From contig OZ241892.1 of NCBI GenBank assembly GCA_965203485.1, positions 160,001-224,000 of the forward strand: 64,000 nt of DNA, read 5' to 3'. Both the position numbers and the translations under genes were made by a program. The stretch comes from Longimicrobiales bacterium (GTDB taxonomy: Bacteria; Gemmatimonadota; Gemmatimonadetes; Longimicrobiales; Gaopeijiaceae). The notes below the pieces were generated by a model. The model was not told where the DNA came from and searched no databases. It saw nothing but the letters and a program-made list of their open reading frames with translations. Shown piece after piece: positions 37,712 to 47,197 of the stretch (its first letter is position 1; each line of letters begins with the position of its first letter).

Positions 37712-39112
37712 CTAGCGCAGAGCTTCGTCGGAGTAGAAGACCCCGGCGTTGGCGAACCTCGCGACGACGCCCGCGGCGCCGAACGAGGGGTGTCCCGCCA
37801 TCCTGTGCAAGTGATCGAACTGGGCCAGCACGGCCCCGTCTTCGACGCGCACCTCCACGGCCCGCCCCACGCCCCTGAACGACGCGATCAGCCGCGTTCT
37901 GTCCGGCGAGATCGATATGCGGCCGCCGTCTCGGGCGCGCCAACCGAAGCGCTCGGGGTCCCTTGGAAAGACGACGGTCTCCGCGCCGCTCTCGACGTCC
38001 ACCAGGAGCACGCGCGAGTGAAAGCGGAGGTCGCCGCGAGCGCGCGTCATGCCCCCTCGGCCGTCGAACACGACGAACTCCGGCCCTCGCCAATGCTTCA
38101 CGCTGTGCGGGCGCTGGAACGTGCCTCGCACGTAGCGCTTCATCTCGTACGTCTCGCGGTCCAGGATAGCCAGCGCGTCGAGATCCCGGAACGACAGGAC
38201 CAGGTCTCCCGGGCGCGCACCGTCCAGCCCGGCGACGTCGTCGCCCACCAGAGACACCGAGCTCACGTGGACGGGCCGGCACGGATTCGCACGCTGCAAC
38301 TCCGGCGCCCAGCGCGACGCCAGAAGCGCACCCGCCGCAGAGACCTGCTCGACGAGCCGCCCCTGGCCGTCCAGGATCTGCACCACGTCGAGCGTCGCCT
38401 CGCCGCCCTCGCAAGCTCGGCCCGGAATCCCCTGCGTCTGCGCCGCCCAGCCGCCGGTGCGCCGCGTGCCCACGACCAGCGCGGTGTCGCCCGCCGCAAC
38501 GAGGGGCTCGCCCCGGCTGTAGTCGCGGCGGTACCAGAGCGCGTGCCCCGATCCTCCGATCCGCGCCACGCCCGCGTCCGCCGGGAAGTGAAAGTCGAGG
38601 TAGCGGAAGACGACCAGCAGATCGCCGTTCGAGTAGCGGGCGACATGGGCCGCGTCCATCGCCTCTTCGCCGTCGATGCCGAACGTGCCTTCCACCTGCG
38701 CCGCGGGCATCGCCTCTGCCACGGGCGGCGGCCGAAACGGCCACGACCGCACCACTTCGCCCCCGGGCGAGTACTCGACCGCCAAGCATCCGCGCGCGGC
38801 CGGACAGTGCTCCCCGAAGTGCCAGCCGCCTCCCGTCGCCGTCGCGGCGCCGGCCAGCTCGCTTCCTTCCGCCAGAACGAGGTGCCGCCCGTCGACCGCT
38901 CCGGAGGCCACGTTGGCGCGTTCCCAGTCCTGCAGGAGGGGCTTGTCCGCCCGGACCGCCCGGACCATGTCGCGCGCAACGCTCGCGCCTTGCGAGAAGC
39001 GCCCCCACGGAAACACGCCGGCCCACGCGACGTACAGTCCGCCTCCGAACGCCAAGAGGACCACCGCCGCCCGGACGAAGAACCGCCAGAACCACCCGTT
39101 TCGCCTAGCCAA
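37712..39112 (-). CDS. Arylsulfotransferase (ASST)-like membrane-anchored beta-propeller protein, divergent
   Basis: N-terminal TM then FPW; CP..GCLAVE; NGDLLV; HVSSV...GDLVLSFRDLDALAILD...GTFQRPHS...VFD, resembling the ASST HxN / SxR / QH motifs. Confidence 0.62.
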   Translation of the reverse strand: MARRNGWFWRFFVRAAVVLLAFGGGLYVAWAGVFPWGRFSQGASVARDMVRAVRADKPLLQDWERANVASGAVDGRHLVLAEGSELAGAATATGGGWHFGEHCPAARGCLAVEYSPGGEVVRSWPFRPPPVAEAMPAAQVEGTFGIDGEEAMDAAHVARYSNGDLLVVFRYLDFHFPADAGVARIGGSGHALWYRRDYSRGEPLVAAGDTALVVGTRRTGGWAAQTQGIPGRACEGGEATLDVVQILDGQGRLVEQVSAAGALLASRWAPELQRANPCRPVHVSSVSLVGDDVAGLDGARPGDLVLSFRDLDALAILDRETYEMKRYVRGTFQRPHSVKHWRGPEFVVFDGRGGMTRARGDLRFHSRVLLVDVESGAETVVFPRDPERFGWRARDGGRISISPDRTRLIASFRGVGRAVEVRVEDGAVLAQFDHLHRMAGHPSFGAAGVVARFANAGVFYSDEALR

Positions 39113-39242
39113 TCAACGGGACTCCGCGTTGCGTGGCCCGAGCCTGTGCCGACTCAAGAACCCGAACATAACGCGCCGTCCGCCTCCGCGGCCGCCCCCG
39201 CCCTTTGGCCTCGGGCGCAACAGCGACGCCCCCCGGCCCGAA

Positions 39243-39707
39243 CTACCCTGCCTCCGCCGGCCGCGCCCCGCGAACCGACCGCCGGCCGGCCACCAGCCAA
39301 TCGAAGGTCGCCATCTGCGAGGGCGTCGGGTCGCGCGGCAAGGCCACCACGAAGGTCGGCGCGCGTCCCTCCGGCAGATGCAGAATCATGTCGGCGGTGT
39401 CCCCGGGGGGCTCGTAGGGCCGCCGCCGGCCCGTCGCGTCCACGGCCCACACGCGGCCTGGAGCGCAGATTTCCGCTAGGCGCGCGCCGAAGTCCGTCCA
39501 CGCCTGGATCGGATCGGCGCGTCCCTCGGCAATGGACGGGACGGTCTCGGCTTCGTAGTATTGGACCGCTTTCCCGTAGCCCGGCGGATTCGCCTTCCTG
39601 AGCTCCTTGAGGCGCTTGCGGTAGTGTTCGCGAGGGTCTCTCGCGCCCGAAGCGGCAAGGGCTTCGTCGAAGCGGGCGTCGGCCGCTTGCTTCAGGTCGG
39701 GGTCCAT
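39243..39707 (-). CDS. Hypothetical protein (154 aa)
   Basis: Globular-looking composition (MDPDLKQAADARFDEAL...DPREHYR...FDWLVAG); fills the gap between neighbouring genes. Confidence 0.7.
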   Translation of the reverse strand: MDPDLKQAADARFDEALAASGARDPREHYRKRLKELRKANPPGYGKAVQYYEAETVPSIAEGRADPIQAWTDFGARLAEICAPGRVWAVDATGRRRPYEPPGDTADMILHLPEGRAPTFVVALPRDPTPSQMATFDWLVAGRRSVRGARPAEAG

Positions 39708-39806
39708 TGGGCTGGGTGCGCTCCGCGGCAACGGGCCGGCGAGTCTCGGGGCGTTAGGGAGTTGGGGAACGCCGGTACAGTCTTGGGCCTCCACCGGGAG
39801 AAGGCA

Positions 39807-40328
39807 ATGTTGTCCACGCGCGCCGAACCGTCGGAAGAAGTCTTCGACCTCTCCTGGGAGATGTTCGGCGAGCTTTGCCGCGCGCTGGCCCTCAAGGTGG
39901 CGCGCGACTACGACCCCGACATCGTGGTCGGGATCGCCAAGGCGGGCGTCATCCCCGGCGCCGTCGTCGCGTCGATGCTCCAGCGCGACTTCCATTCGCT
40001 CAAGGTGTCCCGGCGCGAGGGCGCCGAGATTGTTCGCCAGCGCCCGGCCGTGCTGTCCGCGGCCCCCCCGGAGGCGCGCGGCAAGCGCGTCCTGATCGTG
40101 GACGAGATCACCACCTCCGGCGACACCCTGCGACTTGCGCTGGCGGCTGTTCGCGCCGTGGCGCCCGCCGAAGTCCGCACCGCCACGAACTTCGTGCGTC
40201 CCGGCGGGCACCAGCCCGGCTTCTTCGCGCTCTCCACGTCGGCCAAGCTGGTCTACCCGTGGAACCGCAAGATCTTCGAGGACGGCAGGCTGGTCGTCAA
40301 TCCGCGCTACCACGGGCTCGACGGCTAG
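39807..40328 (+). CDS. Phosphoribosyltransferase family protein
   Basis: VVGIAKAGVIP and PRPP-binding motif VLIVDEITTSGDT; YPW near the C-terminus. Confidence 0.88.
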   Translation: MLSTRAEPSEEVFDLSWEMFGELCRALALKVARDYDPDIVVGIAKAGVIPGAVVASMLQRDFHSLKVSRREGAEIVRQRPAVLSAAPPEARGKRVLIVDEITTSGDTLRLALAAVRAVAPAEVRTATNFVRPGGHQPGFFALSTSAKLVYPWNRKIFEDGRLVVNPRYHGLDG

Positions 40329-40440
40329 GCAGGAGCCGCGCGCCTCCGCTGCGCCGGACGCGCCGTCGGCGGCGGGCATCCCGTCCGCGGCGGTTGCCAG
40401 GCTCGCCGGCGCCCCGGCGGCCGGCCTCTTCCTCCGCTGC

Positions 40441-41694
40441 CTACTCGCCCGCGGCCATGGCGTCCAGGAACTCCGCGTTGGTGTCGTGGCGCGCCAAGCG
40501 CTGCGAGAGAAACTCCACGGCGTCGGCGGGCGGCATGTCGGCCACGAAGTTGCGCAGCAGGAAGGTGCGGTTCAGCTCGGTCTTGGTGAGCAACAGCTCC
40601 TCGCGGCGCGTGCCCGAGCGGGCCAGGTCGATGGCGGGAAATACGCGCTGGTCGGCGATGCGGCGGTCCAGGAGGAGCTCCATGTTCCCGGTCCCCTTGA
40701 ACTCCTCGAAGATCACCTGGTCCATGCGGCTCCCGGTGTCGACCAAGGCGGTCGCCACGACCGTCAGCGATCCGCCGCCGGGAATGTTGCGGGCCGATCC
40801 GAAGAAGCGCTTCGGATGCTGCAGGACCTTCGCGTCGAGCCCGCCCGACAAGATCCGCCCGGAATGCCGGGCAAGCGTGTTGTAGGCGCGGGCCAGCCGC
40901 GTGATCGAGTCGAGCAGAATCACTACGTCTCGGCCGTGCTCCACTTGGCGCTTCGCCTTCGCCAGCGCCATTTCGGCGACTTGGCGGTGGCGCTTGGCCG
41001 GCTCGTCGAAGGTGGACGCCAGGACGTCGCCGACGACGCATTCCTCCATTTCGGTGACTTCTTCCGGGCGTTCGTCGATCAGCAGCACGATGAGTTGGAC
41101 GGCGGGATGATTGACCGATATCGCCTGTGCCATCTCGCGCAGAATCGTCGTCTTGCCCGCCTTGGGCGGAGAGACGATTAGACCGCGCTGTCCCATGCCC
41201 ACTGGCGCGATCAGGTCCATGATCCGCATGGCGATGCTCCCGCCGGGCGACTCCAGCCCGAGGCGGCCGTCGGGGTAGCCGGGGCGGAGCGAATCGAACG
41301 TGGCGCGCTGGCCCAGCCCTTCGGCTCGTTCGCCGTTGACGCGCTCCACCGTCGCCAACGCCAAGTACCGTTCGGCGCGCCGCGGCGGCCGCACGCGTCC
41401 CGCCAGCGTGTCGCCCGTGCGCAACGCCAAGCGCCGAATGTGACCCGGGCTCACGTAGACGTCGTCGGGGCCGTACAGATACTGCCATTGTCCAGACCGC
41501 AGGAAGCCGTAGCCCTCTGGGCGGATGTCGAGCACGCCCTCGGCCGTGGGAACGGCGTCCGCCGGCGCCATGCCCTGGTGAATCCGGAAAACGAGTTCCG
41601 GCTTGCGCAGGGATGCGTAGTACGGAATGTTGAGCGTCTCGGCGTACTCGTGGAGTTCGGCCACCGAGCTGTTCGATAGTTCGGCTATGTCCAT
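40441..41694 (-). CDS. rho: Transcription termination factor Rho
   Basis: GYGFLR, DDVYVS, PPKAGKT, DERPEEVT, LLDSITRLARA, EEFKGTGNME, SGTRREELL. Confidence 0.97.
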   Translation of the reverse strand: MDIAELSNSSVAELHEYAETLNIPYYASLRKPELVFRIHQGMAPADAVPTAEGVLDIRPEGYGFLRSGQWQYLYGPDDVYVSPGHIRRLALRTGDTLAGRVRPPRRAERYLALATVERVNGERAEGLGQRATFDSLRPGYPDGRLGLESPGGSIAMRIMDLIAPVGMGQRGLIVSPPKAGKTTILREMAQAISVNHPAVQLIVLLIDERPEEVTEMEECVVGDVLASTFDEPAKRHRQVAEMALAKAKRQVEHGRDVVILLDSITRLARAYNTLARHSGRILSGGLDAKVLQHPKRFFGSARNIPGGGSLTVVATALVDTGSRMDQVIFEEFKGTGNMELLLDRRIADQRVFPAIDLARSGTRREELLLTKTELNRTFLLRNFVADMPPADAVEFLSQRLARHDTNAEFLDAMAAGE

Positions 41695-41955
41695 CTAGGT
41701 GCTGGAGGAAGCCTAGGGACTGGTGGAAGGCGGCGACGGCGAGGCGTCCCGCAACCGCGAACGGACGGCGTGACCGGAAGGTTGTTGCCGGGAGCCGGGA
41801 TGCTGGCCGGGGCGGCCCGTTGAACTACCTCTGCCTGCGACCGCGCCGCGGAGACCCGAACGGCGCTTTCAAGAAGACGACGATGGCGCTACGACTAACG
41901 ATTGCGAACGATGCCACGGATGTCAAGGCTCGCGCGGGGGCGGAGACGCGTTGCC

Positions 41956-42306
41956 GTGGCTCGGCATAACCGGCAGGGCGGAGGCGAGGACCAGCGCGGA
42001 TTCGCTTATGAAGTCAGCTACGCTCCCGACTGGCTGGACCAGATTCGCGTGACGCGCGTCCTTCCTTCCGGCCGCCGCTCCACCAAGACGCTCTTCCGCA
42101 ACCCTGCGCGCGCGCCCCGAGGCGAACCCGGCTCCGTGGCGAGGACGCGCATCGACAGTCCGGTCCAGGGCCTCTCCGTCGAGGTCGCGGTCGGGACGCG
42201 GGGATGCGTGCGCGCGGTCGATGTCCACTGGAACAAGCCGAACAGCTTGCGGCCCGCTCTCGACCGCGTGTCCTTCACTCTGAAGGCGTTTCCGCGGCCG
42301 CGCTGA
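41956..42306 (+). CDS. Hypothetical protein
   Basis: Only plausible frame between rho and mlaE (FAYEVSYAPDWLDQIRVTR...TKTLFRNP); start uncertain. Confidence 0.45.
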   Translation: MARHNRQGGGEDQRGFAYEVSYAPDWLDQIRVTRVLPSGRRSTKTLFRNPARAPRGEPGSVARTRIDSPVQGLSVEVAVGTRGCVRAVDVHWNKPNSLRPALDRVSFTLKAFPRPR

Positions 42307-42417
42307 CAGGGGGCGCGCGCGGGCGCCGGGCCGGCCGTGCTCCTTGGCGTTTGCGGCAACCTCGGGGCGCCGGTCTCCGTGTCCGTCCCAGGAACGGCCA
42401 TCCGTTATGATTCCGCC

Positions 42418-43200
42418 ATGCCCGAACTGTTCGCCGAGGGTCTCGCAGCGGTCGGACGCGCCGCGACGAACGGGCTGGCCGCGGTGGGCCGCGCATCGCG
42501 CTTGGCGGCGGCGGCGGGCCGGGCGCTCGGCAAGACGAGCACGTGGTGGCCGCAACTGTCGCCGCAGATGGCCCGCGTGGGCGTGGCGTCGGCGCCGATC
42601 GCGCTCTTCATCGCAACGTTCACCGGCATCGTGATGTCGCTCCAGGCGTCCTACACGCTGACCGGGGCGATCCCGCTGTACTTCGTGGGCGTGCTGGTGA
42701 GCAAGACGATGATCCTGGAGCTGGGACCGGTGCTCACCGCGCTCACGCTGGCCGGCCGCGTCGGCGCCGGCATTGCGGCCGAGCTGGGCACGATGAAGGT
42801 GACCGAGCAAGTGGACGCCCTCGAGACGCTGGCCTACGACCCGGTCGCCTATCTGGTTGTTCCGCGCGTGCTGGCCGGGACGCTCATGTTCCCCGTCGTG
42901 GCGCTTCTGGCGGTGACGGCCGGCATCGGCTCGGGCTGGGTGGCCGCGCTCCAGTTGCTGGACATGTCGTCGGCGGAGTTCGTCAAGGGACTGCGCCTTT
43001 TCTTCGCGCCTTGGGACGTGTGGTTCTGCGTCGTCAAGTCGGTGTCGTTCGGGCTCGTGGTGACCGGTGTCGGCTGCGGCTTCGGTCTGGGCGCCGCGGG
43101 CGGGGCCGAAGGCGTGGGCCGTTGCGCTACCCGCTCGGTGGTGGCGTCGAGCATGATCATCCTCTTCCTGGACGCGGTATGGGCGGCCACGCTGCTGTAG
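42418..43200 (+). CDS. mlaE: MlaE-family ABC permease
   Basis: ELGPVLTAL, AAELGTMKVTEQVDAL, YLVVPR, GGAEGVG. Confidence 0.9.
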   Translation: MPELFAEGLAAVGRAATNGLAAVGRASRLAAAAGRALGKTSTWWPQLSPQMARVGVASAPIALFIATFTGIVMSLQASYTLTGAIPLYFVGVLVSKTMILELGPVLTALTLAGRVGAGIAAELGTMKVTEQVDALETLAYDPVAYLVVPRVLAGTLMFPVVALLAVTAGIGSGWVAALQLLDMSSAEFVKGLRLFFAPWDVWFCVVKSVSFGLVVTGVGCGFGLGAAGGAEGVGRCATRSVVASSMIILFLDAVWAATLL

Positions 43201-43204
43201 GCCG

Positions 43205-43948
43205 GTGAGCATCCGCATCCGCGGACTCGCGAAGTCGTTCGGGACGAAGGCCGTGCTGAGCGGCTTCGACCTGGATGCCGGCGAGCACGAGACGGTGGTC
43301 ATCGTGGGTCCGTCGGGCGCGGGCAAGTCGGTGCTGCTCAAGCACGTCGTCGGCCTGTTGCGGCCCGACGCGGGATCGGTCGAGGTGGACGGGGCGGACG
43401 TTGGGGCGCTCGGCGGGGGCGGGCTCGCGGAGCTGCGTCGCAAGATCGGCTACGTGTTCCAGTTCGCCGCGCTCTTCGATTCGATGACGGTCGCGGACAA
43501 CGTGGGCATGGCGCTGCGCAGAGCCGGAGGGCGCACTCCGGCTCGTGTGCGCGCCCGCGTCGAGGAGTGCTTGGCCCTGGTCGGCCTCGACGGCATGGGC
43601 GGCCGTCGTCCTGCGGACCTGTCCGGCGGACAACGCAAGCGCGCCGGCTTGGCCAGGGCGATTGCCGCCTCGCCCAAGTACCTGCTCTACGACGAGCCCA
43701 CTACGGGCCTCGACCCCGTGACGACCACCTCGATCGACCGCCTGATGCTGCGCATGAGGGACGAACTGGGAGTCGCCGCGCTCATGGTCACGCACGACAT
43801 GACCAGCGCTTTTCGCGTGGCCGACCGGATCGCGCTGCTTCACGCGGGCCGCGTCTGGTTCTCGGGCACGCCCGCGGAGGTGAAGTCGGCCGACGATCCC
43901 GTGGTCCGGGGTTTCGTCGAGGGCGACCCGAGCCTGTACTATGGATGA
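43205..43948 (+). CDS. mlaF: MlaF-family ABC ATPase
   Basis: GPSGAGKS, FQFAALFDSM, LSGGQRKR, YDEPTTGLDP, THD. Confidence 0.9.
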   Translation: MSIRIRGLAKSFGTKAVLSGFDLDAGEHETVVIVGPSGAGKSVLLKHVVGLLRPDAGSVEVDGADVGALGGGGLAELRRKIGYVFQFAALFDSMTVADNVGMALRRAGGRTPARVRARVEECLALVGLDGMGGRRPADLSGGQRKRAGLARAIAASPKYLLYDEPTTGLDPVTTTSIDRLMLRMRDELGVAALMVTHDMTSAFRVADRIALLHAGRVWFSGTPAEVKSADDPVVRGFVEGDPSLYYG

Positions 43949-44063
43949 GGAGACCGCAAGGGGCGGAGGCGGCGGCGGGCGGGTGGCGAGCAGGCCTGGG
44001 GCTGGGCCGGTCCGCGCCGGGCCTGCTGAAGTCGCGGCTCTGCGCGGAGGGGAGACCGAACGC

Positions 44064-45050
44064 ATGGACAGACGACGAGACGCGCTGGTCGGAGCCGTGG
44101 TGCTCCTGGGGATCGCGGCGGGCATCGGCGGCGGCTTGTGGCTCAAGGGCGGGTGGGGAAGCGACGGCCGCACCCTGAGGGCGGTTGCGGCGGACGCGGG
44201 CCAGACTATGGCGGGCGCGTCGGTCAAGTTCCGGGGGGTGGAGGTGGGACGCGTGGACCGCGTCGGCATCGCCCCCGGCGGCGAAGCCGTCCTGATCGAG
44301 ATGACGGTGCGCCCCGAGATCGCGCTCCCGGAAGGCGCGGCGGTGCTCTTGGCGCCCGAGTCCATGTTCGGCGACTGGCAGGCCGAGATCGTCGCCCGCG
44401 CGGACTTTCCGGAGCGGCCCTTCCTCGACCGGCCGGGCTTGGACGCCCTGCCGGGAGCGGCGTTGCCGGACGTCTCCCGGCTCACGGCCACTGCGGACGA
44501 GATCGCCCGCAACCTCACGATCATCTCGGACCGCTTCCGCATCGCCTTCACCGAGGAGACCGCCGAGAACCTGCGCCGCGCCATCGACAACATTTCGGCG
44601 GTCAGCGACGGCCTTGCCGAAGTGATCGACCAGCAGGCGGCCCGTTTCGACGACTTGGCCGACGGCGTGGGCCGGTCCGCCGAAGACCTCGGCGCCGCCG
44701 CTCGGGCGGCCCGGCTCTCGTTCGAACGCATCGACGCCATCGTTCAGGAGGGCGAGGTCGAGACGATGGTCGCGGACGCCGGCGCCGCGGTGGCCAACGC
44801 GCGCGGCGTCACCGAAGACGCCGGGGCCTTCCTGGACGAACTGCGGTCCGCGGTGCAGCGCGCCGACTCCACGTTCGCGCGCCTGGACCGGCTGGCGGCG
44901 GCCGCCGAGGAGGGCGACGGCTCCCTGGGCCGCTTGCTGACGGACCCGGCCCTCGCCGACGGCGCCGTCGAAGCGATGCAGGAGATCAAGTCGCTACTGG
45001 CCGACATCCGCGAGAATCCGGGCCGGTACCTTCGATTCTCCGTCTTCTAG
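44064..45050 (+). CDS. mlaD: MlaD/MCE family protein
   Basis: N-terminal TM, VKFRGVEVGRV MCE motif, helical region, GSLGRLLTD and DIRENPGRY; alternative start at 43941. Confidence 0.85.
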   Translation: MDRRRDALVGAVVLLGIAAGIGGGLWLKGGWGSDGRTLRAVAADAGQTMAGASVKFRGVEVGRVDRVGIAPGGEAVLIEMTVRPEIALPEGAAVLLAPESMFGDWQAEIVARADFPERPFLDRPGLDALPGAALPDVSRLTATADEIARNLTIISDRFRIAFTEETAENLRRAIDNISAVSDGLAEVIDQQAARFDDLADGVGRSAEDLGAAARAARLSFERIDAIVQEGEVETMVADAGAAVANARGVTEDAGAFLDELRSAVQRADSTFARLDRLAAAAEEGDGSLGRLLTDPALADGAVEAMQEIKSLLADIRENPGRYLRFSVF

Positions 45051-45057
45051 CCCTGCC

Positions 45058-45510
45058 GTGCGCGCTTCCCGAGCCACCGTCCCGGCCGTCGTCGAGCGAA
45101 GCGCCGGCGGCGTGCTCGTGCGATCTCTTGCGGGAGATTGGCAGGCGCTGCTGATCCGCACCGCGGACGGACGCTGGTCGCTCCCGAAGGGCCACGTGGA
45201 AGCCGGCGAGTCGTTGCGCGAGGCGGCTGCGCGCGAGGTGGAAGAGGAGACCGGCCTGCGGCCGAGGACGGTCGGTCCGAAGGTGGGCACGGCCGACTGG
45301 TTCTTCAGCAAGGATGGCGCAACCGTGCACAAGTACTGCACCTACTTCCTCATGCGGGCCGCCGTCGGCCGGCCGGTCCCTCGAGCGGACGAAGGAATCA
45401 TCGACTGCCGCTGGATGCCGGTGGAGGACGCGGCCGCGAGAGTGTCTTTCGCCAATACGCGTCAAGTCGTCGAGGACTCCCTCGCGACGATCGAGAGGGC
45501 GGGATGGTAG
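45058..45510 (+). CDS. NUDIX hydrolase
   Basis: Nudix box GHVEAGESLREAAAREVEEETG. Confidence 0.92.
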   Translation: MRASRATVPAVVERSAGGVLVRSLAGDWQALLIRTADGRWSLPKGHVEAGESLREAAAREVEEETGLRPRTVGPKVGTADWFFSKDGATVHKYCTYFLMRAAVGRPVPRADEGIIDCRWMPVEDAAARVSFANTRQVVEDSLATIERAGW

Positions 45511-46958
45511 AGCGAGGCGGCCGCGGGCGCGACGGGAGCTCTCGGCCGCGAGCGGCTCGAGCGCGCGGGACGGAGGAGCCGCCCCGGCGCGACGACGGCG
45601 CCGGAGAGGCGCCCCGGCGGTCCCGCGGACCAAGGCGCCGCCGACCCCGGCGGCGAGGAAGCCCCCCCGGCGCAGGCGAATCGCGTCGGCCGGACGCCGG
45701 CCCGCCGCTTCCGGGGGCGGCCGCGCCGACGCCTTGGCGGCTCTTCCAGGCGGCCGTGCTGGCGATCGTGGCGGCGCTCTTCCTGACCAGCATCGGTGAC
45801 CTCCTCAACCCGTTCCTGCTGTACTGCGCCCTCGTGGCGCTGCTTGCGCCCTTCCGATCGGTCCGGGGCTACGCCCACGTCATGGTCGTGGCCACCGTCC
45901 TGGCGCTGCTTTGGCTGCTCAAGACGACCGGGTCGCTGATGGCGCCGTTCTTCTTGGCCTTCGTCCTCGCCTACATCCTGGACCCGCTCGTCGACCGGCT
46001 GTCCGCCCGCCCTCGCATCGGCCGGCAGACCGCGATCTTCCTGATTCTCGCGCCGGCGCTCGCGGCGGTCGGGCTTGTTGCGATGGTCGGCGTGCCCGCC
46101 ATGCTTCGCCAAGCCGGCCGGCTCATGCTCGACGCGCCCGCGGCCTTGGCGGCGGCCCACCGCTGGGCCGTCGGCCTGGCCGCCAAGGCCGTCGAGGCCG
46201 ATCTCCCCTTCGTGGACGACGCCCAGCTCCTGGCGCGCGTGCAAGCCTTCGACGGACAGGCGGCGGCCGACCTGCTGGCCAGCCAAGCCTCGCGGATCGC
46301 GAGCGGCGCCTGGGCGGCCTTCCTGGGCCTTGGCCGCGGACTCGGCACGCTGGTCACCGTGGCGAGCTACGTCGTCCTGACGCCGGTCCTCACCGTCTAC
46401 CTGCTGCGCGACTACGACCACATCGTGGCTCGGGCCGGACGGCTCGTTCCCGTGCGCTACCAAGCCTCGACCCGCGGCTGCTTCCGCGAGTACGACGCCA
46501 TTCTGTCGCGCTACCTGCGCGGCCAGATATCGGTCGCCGCAATCGTGGGAGGGTTGACGTGGCTGGGCTTGGCCGCCACGGGGTTTCCGCACGCCTTCTT
46601 CCTGGGGGCGACGGTGGCCGTGCTGGGCGTGGTTCCGTACTTGGGCTTGGTCCTCTCGCTGATTCCGGCCCTCGTCATCGCGTTGGCCGGCGGCGATCCC
46701 GGCGCCGGACTGCTCAAGGTCGTGGTCGTCTACGGCGTCGCGCAGACGCTCGAAGGCACGGTCGTCAGCCCCAGGATCGTGGGCGGATCAGTGGGCCTGC
46801 ACCCCGTGTGGATTGTGCTCGCGCTTGCGCTGGGGGGTCTCTACTTCGGATTCGCGGGCCTGTTGCTGGCCGTCCCGGCGGCCGCGGGAATCAAGCTGCT
46901 CGCGGTGCGCGCCGAGGCCAGCTACCGAGCGTCCGCCTTCTACGGCAGGAAGAACTAA
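45504..46958 (+). CDS. AI-2E (PerM) family transporter
   Basis: AYILDPLVD, YLRGQI, VPYLG, VSPRIVGGSVGLHPV, GLLLAVP; start uncertain. Confidence 0.85.
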   Translation: MVERGGRGRDGSSRPRAARARGTEEPPRRDDGAGEAPRRSRGPRRRRPRRRGSPPGAGESRRPDAGPPLPGAAAPTPWRLFQAAVLAIVAALFLTSIGDLLNPFLLYCALVALLAPFRSVRGYAHVMVVATVLALLWLLKTTGSLMAPFFLAFVLAYILDPLVDRLSARPRIGRQTAIFLILAPALAAVGLVAMVGVPAMLRQAGRLMLDAPAALAAAHRWAVGLAAKAVEADLPFVDDAQLLARVQAFDGQAAADLLASQASRIASGAWAAFLGLGRGLGTLVTVASYVVLTPVLTVYLLRDYDHIVARAGRLVPVRYQASTRGCFREYDAILSRYLRGQISVAAIVGGLTWLGLAATGFPHAFFLGATVAVLGVVPYLGLVLSLIPALVIALAGGDPGAGLLKVVVVYGVAQTLEGTVVSPRIVGGSVGLHPVWIVLALALGGLYFGFAGLLLAVPAAAGIKLLAVRAEASYRASAFYGRKN

Positions 46959-47197
46959 GGCCGAGCTGATGGCGCGGGCCGGCCTCGGCAGCACGGACGC
47001 CGAGCCGGGCCTGCCTCCGGAGGTTGCGGCCCGGAACAACAAAGCGAGGCCGCTCGGCCCGCTCGGCCGCCACTTGCCGCGCTCGGTCTCGGCAGGCTTA
47101 TTTGTTCTTGAACGCTCCGACCGCGCGCATGCTGTTTCGCCTCCTCCTCCGGCGCTCGCGGCTTCCCTTGCCATTTGCCGTCCAGGAAGGCTTCGCC

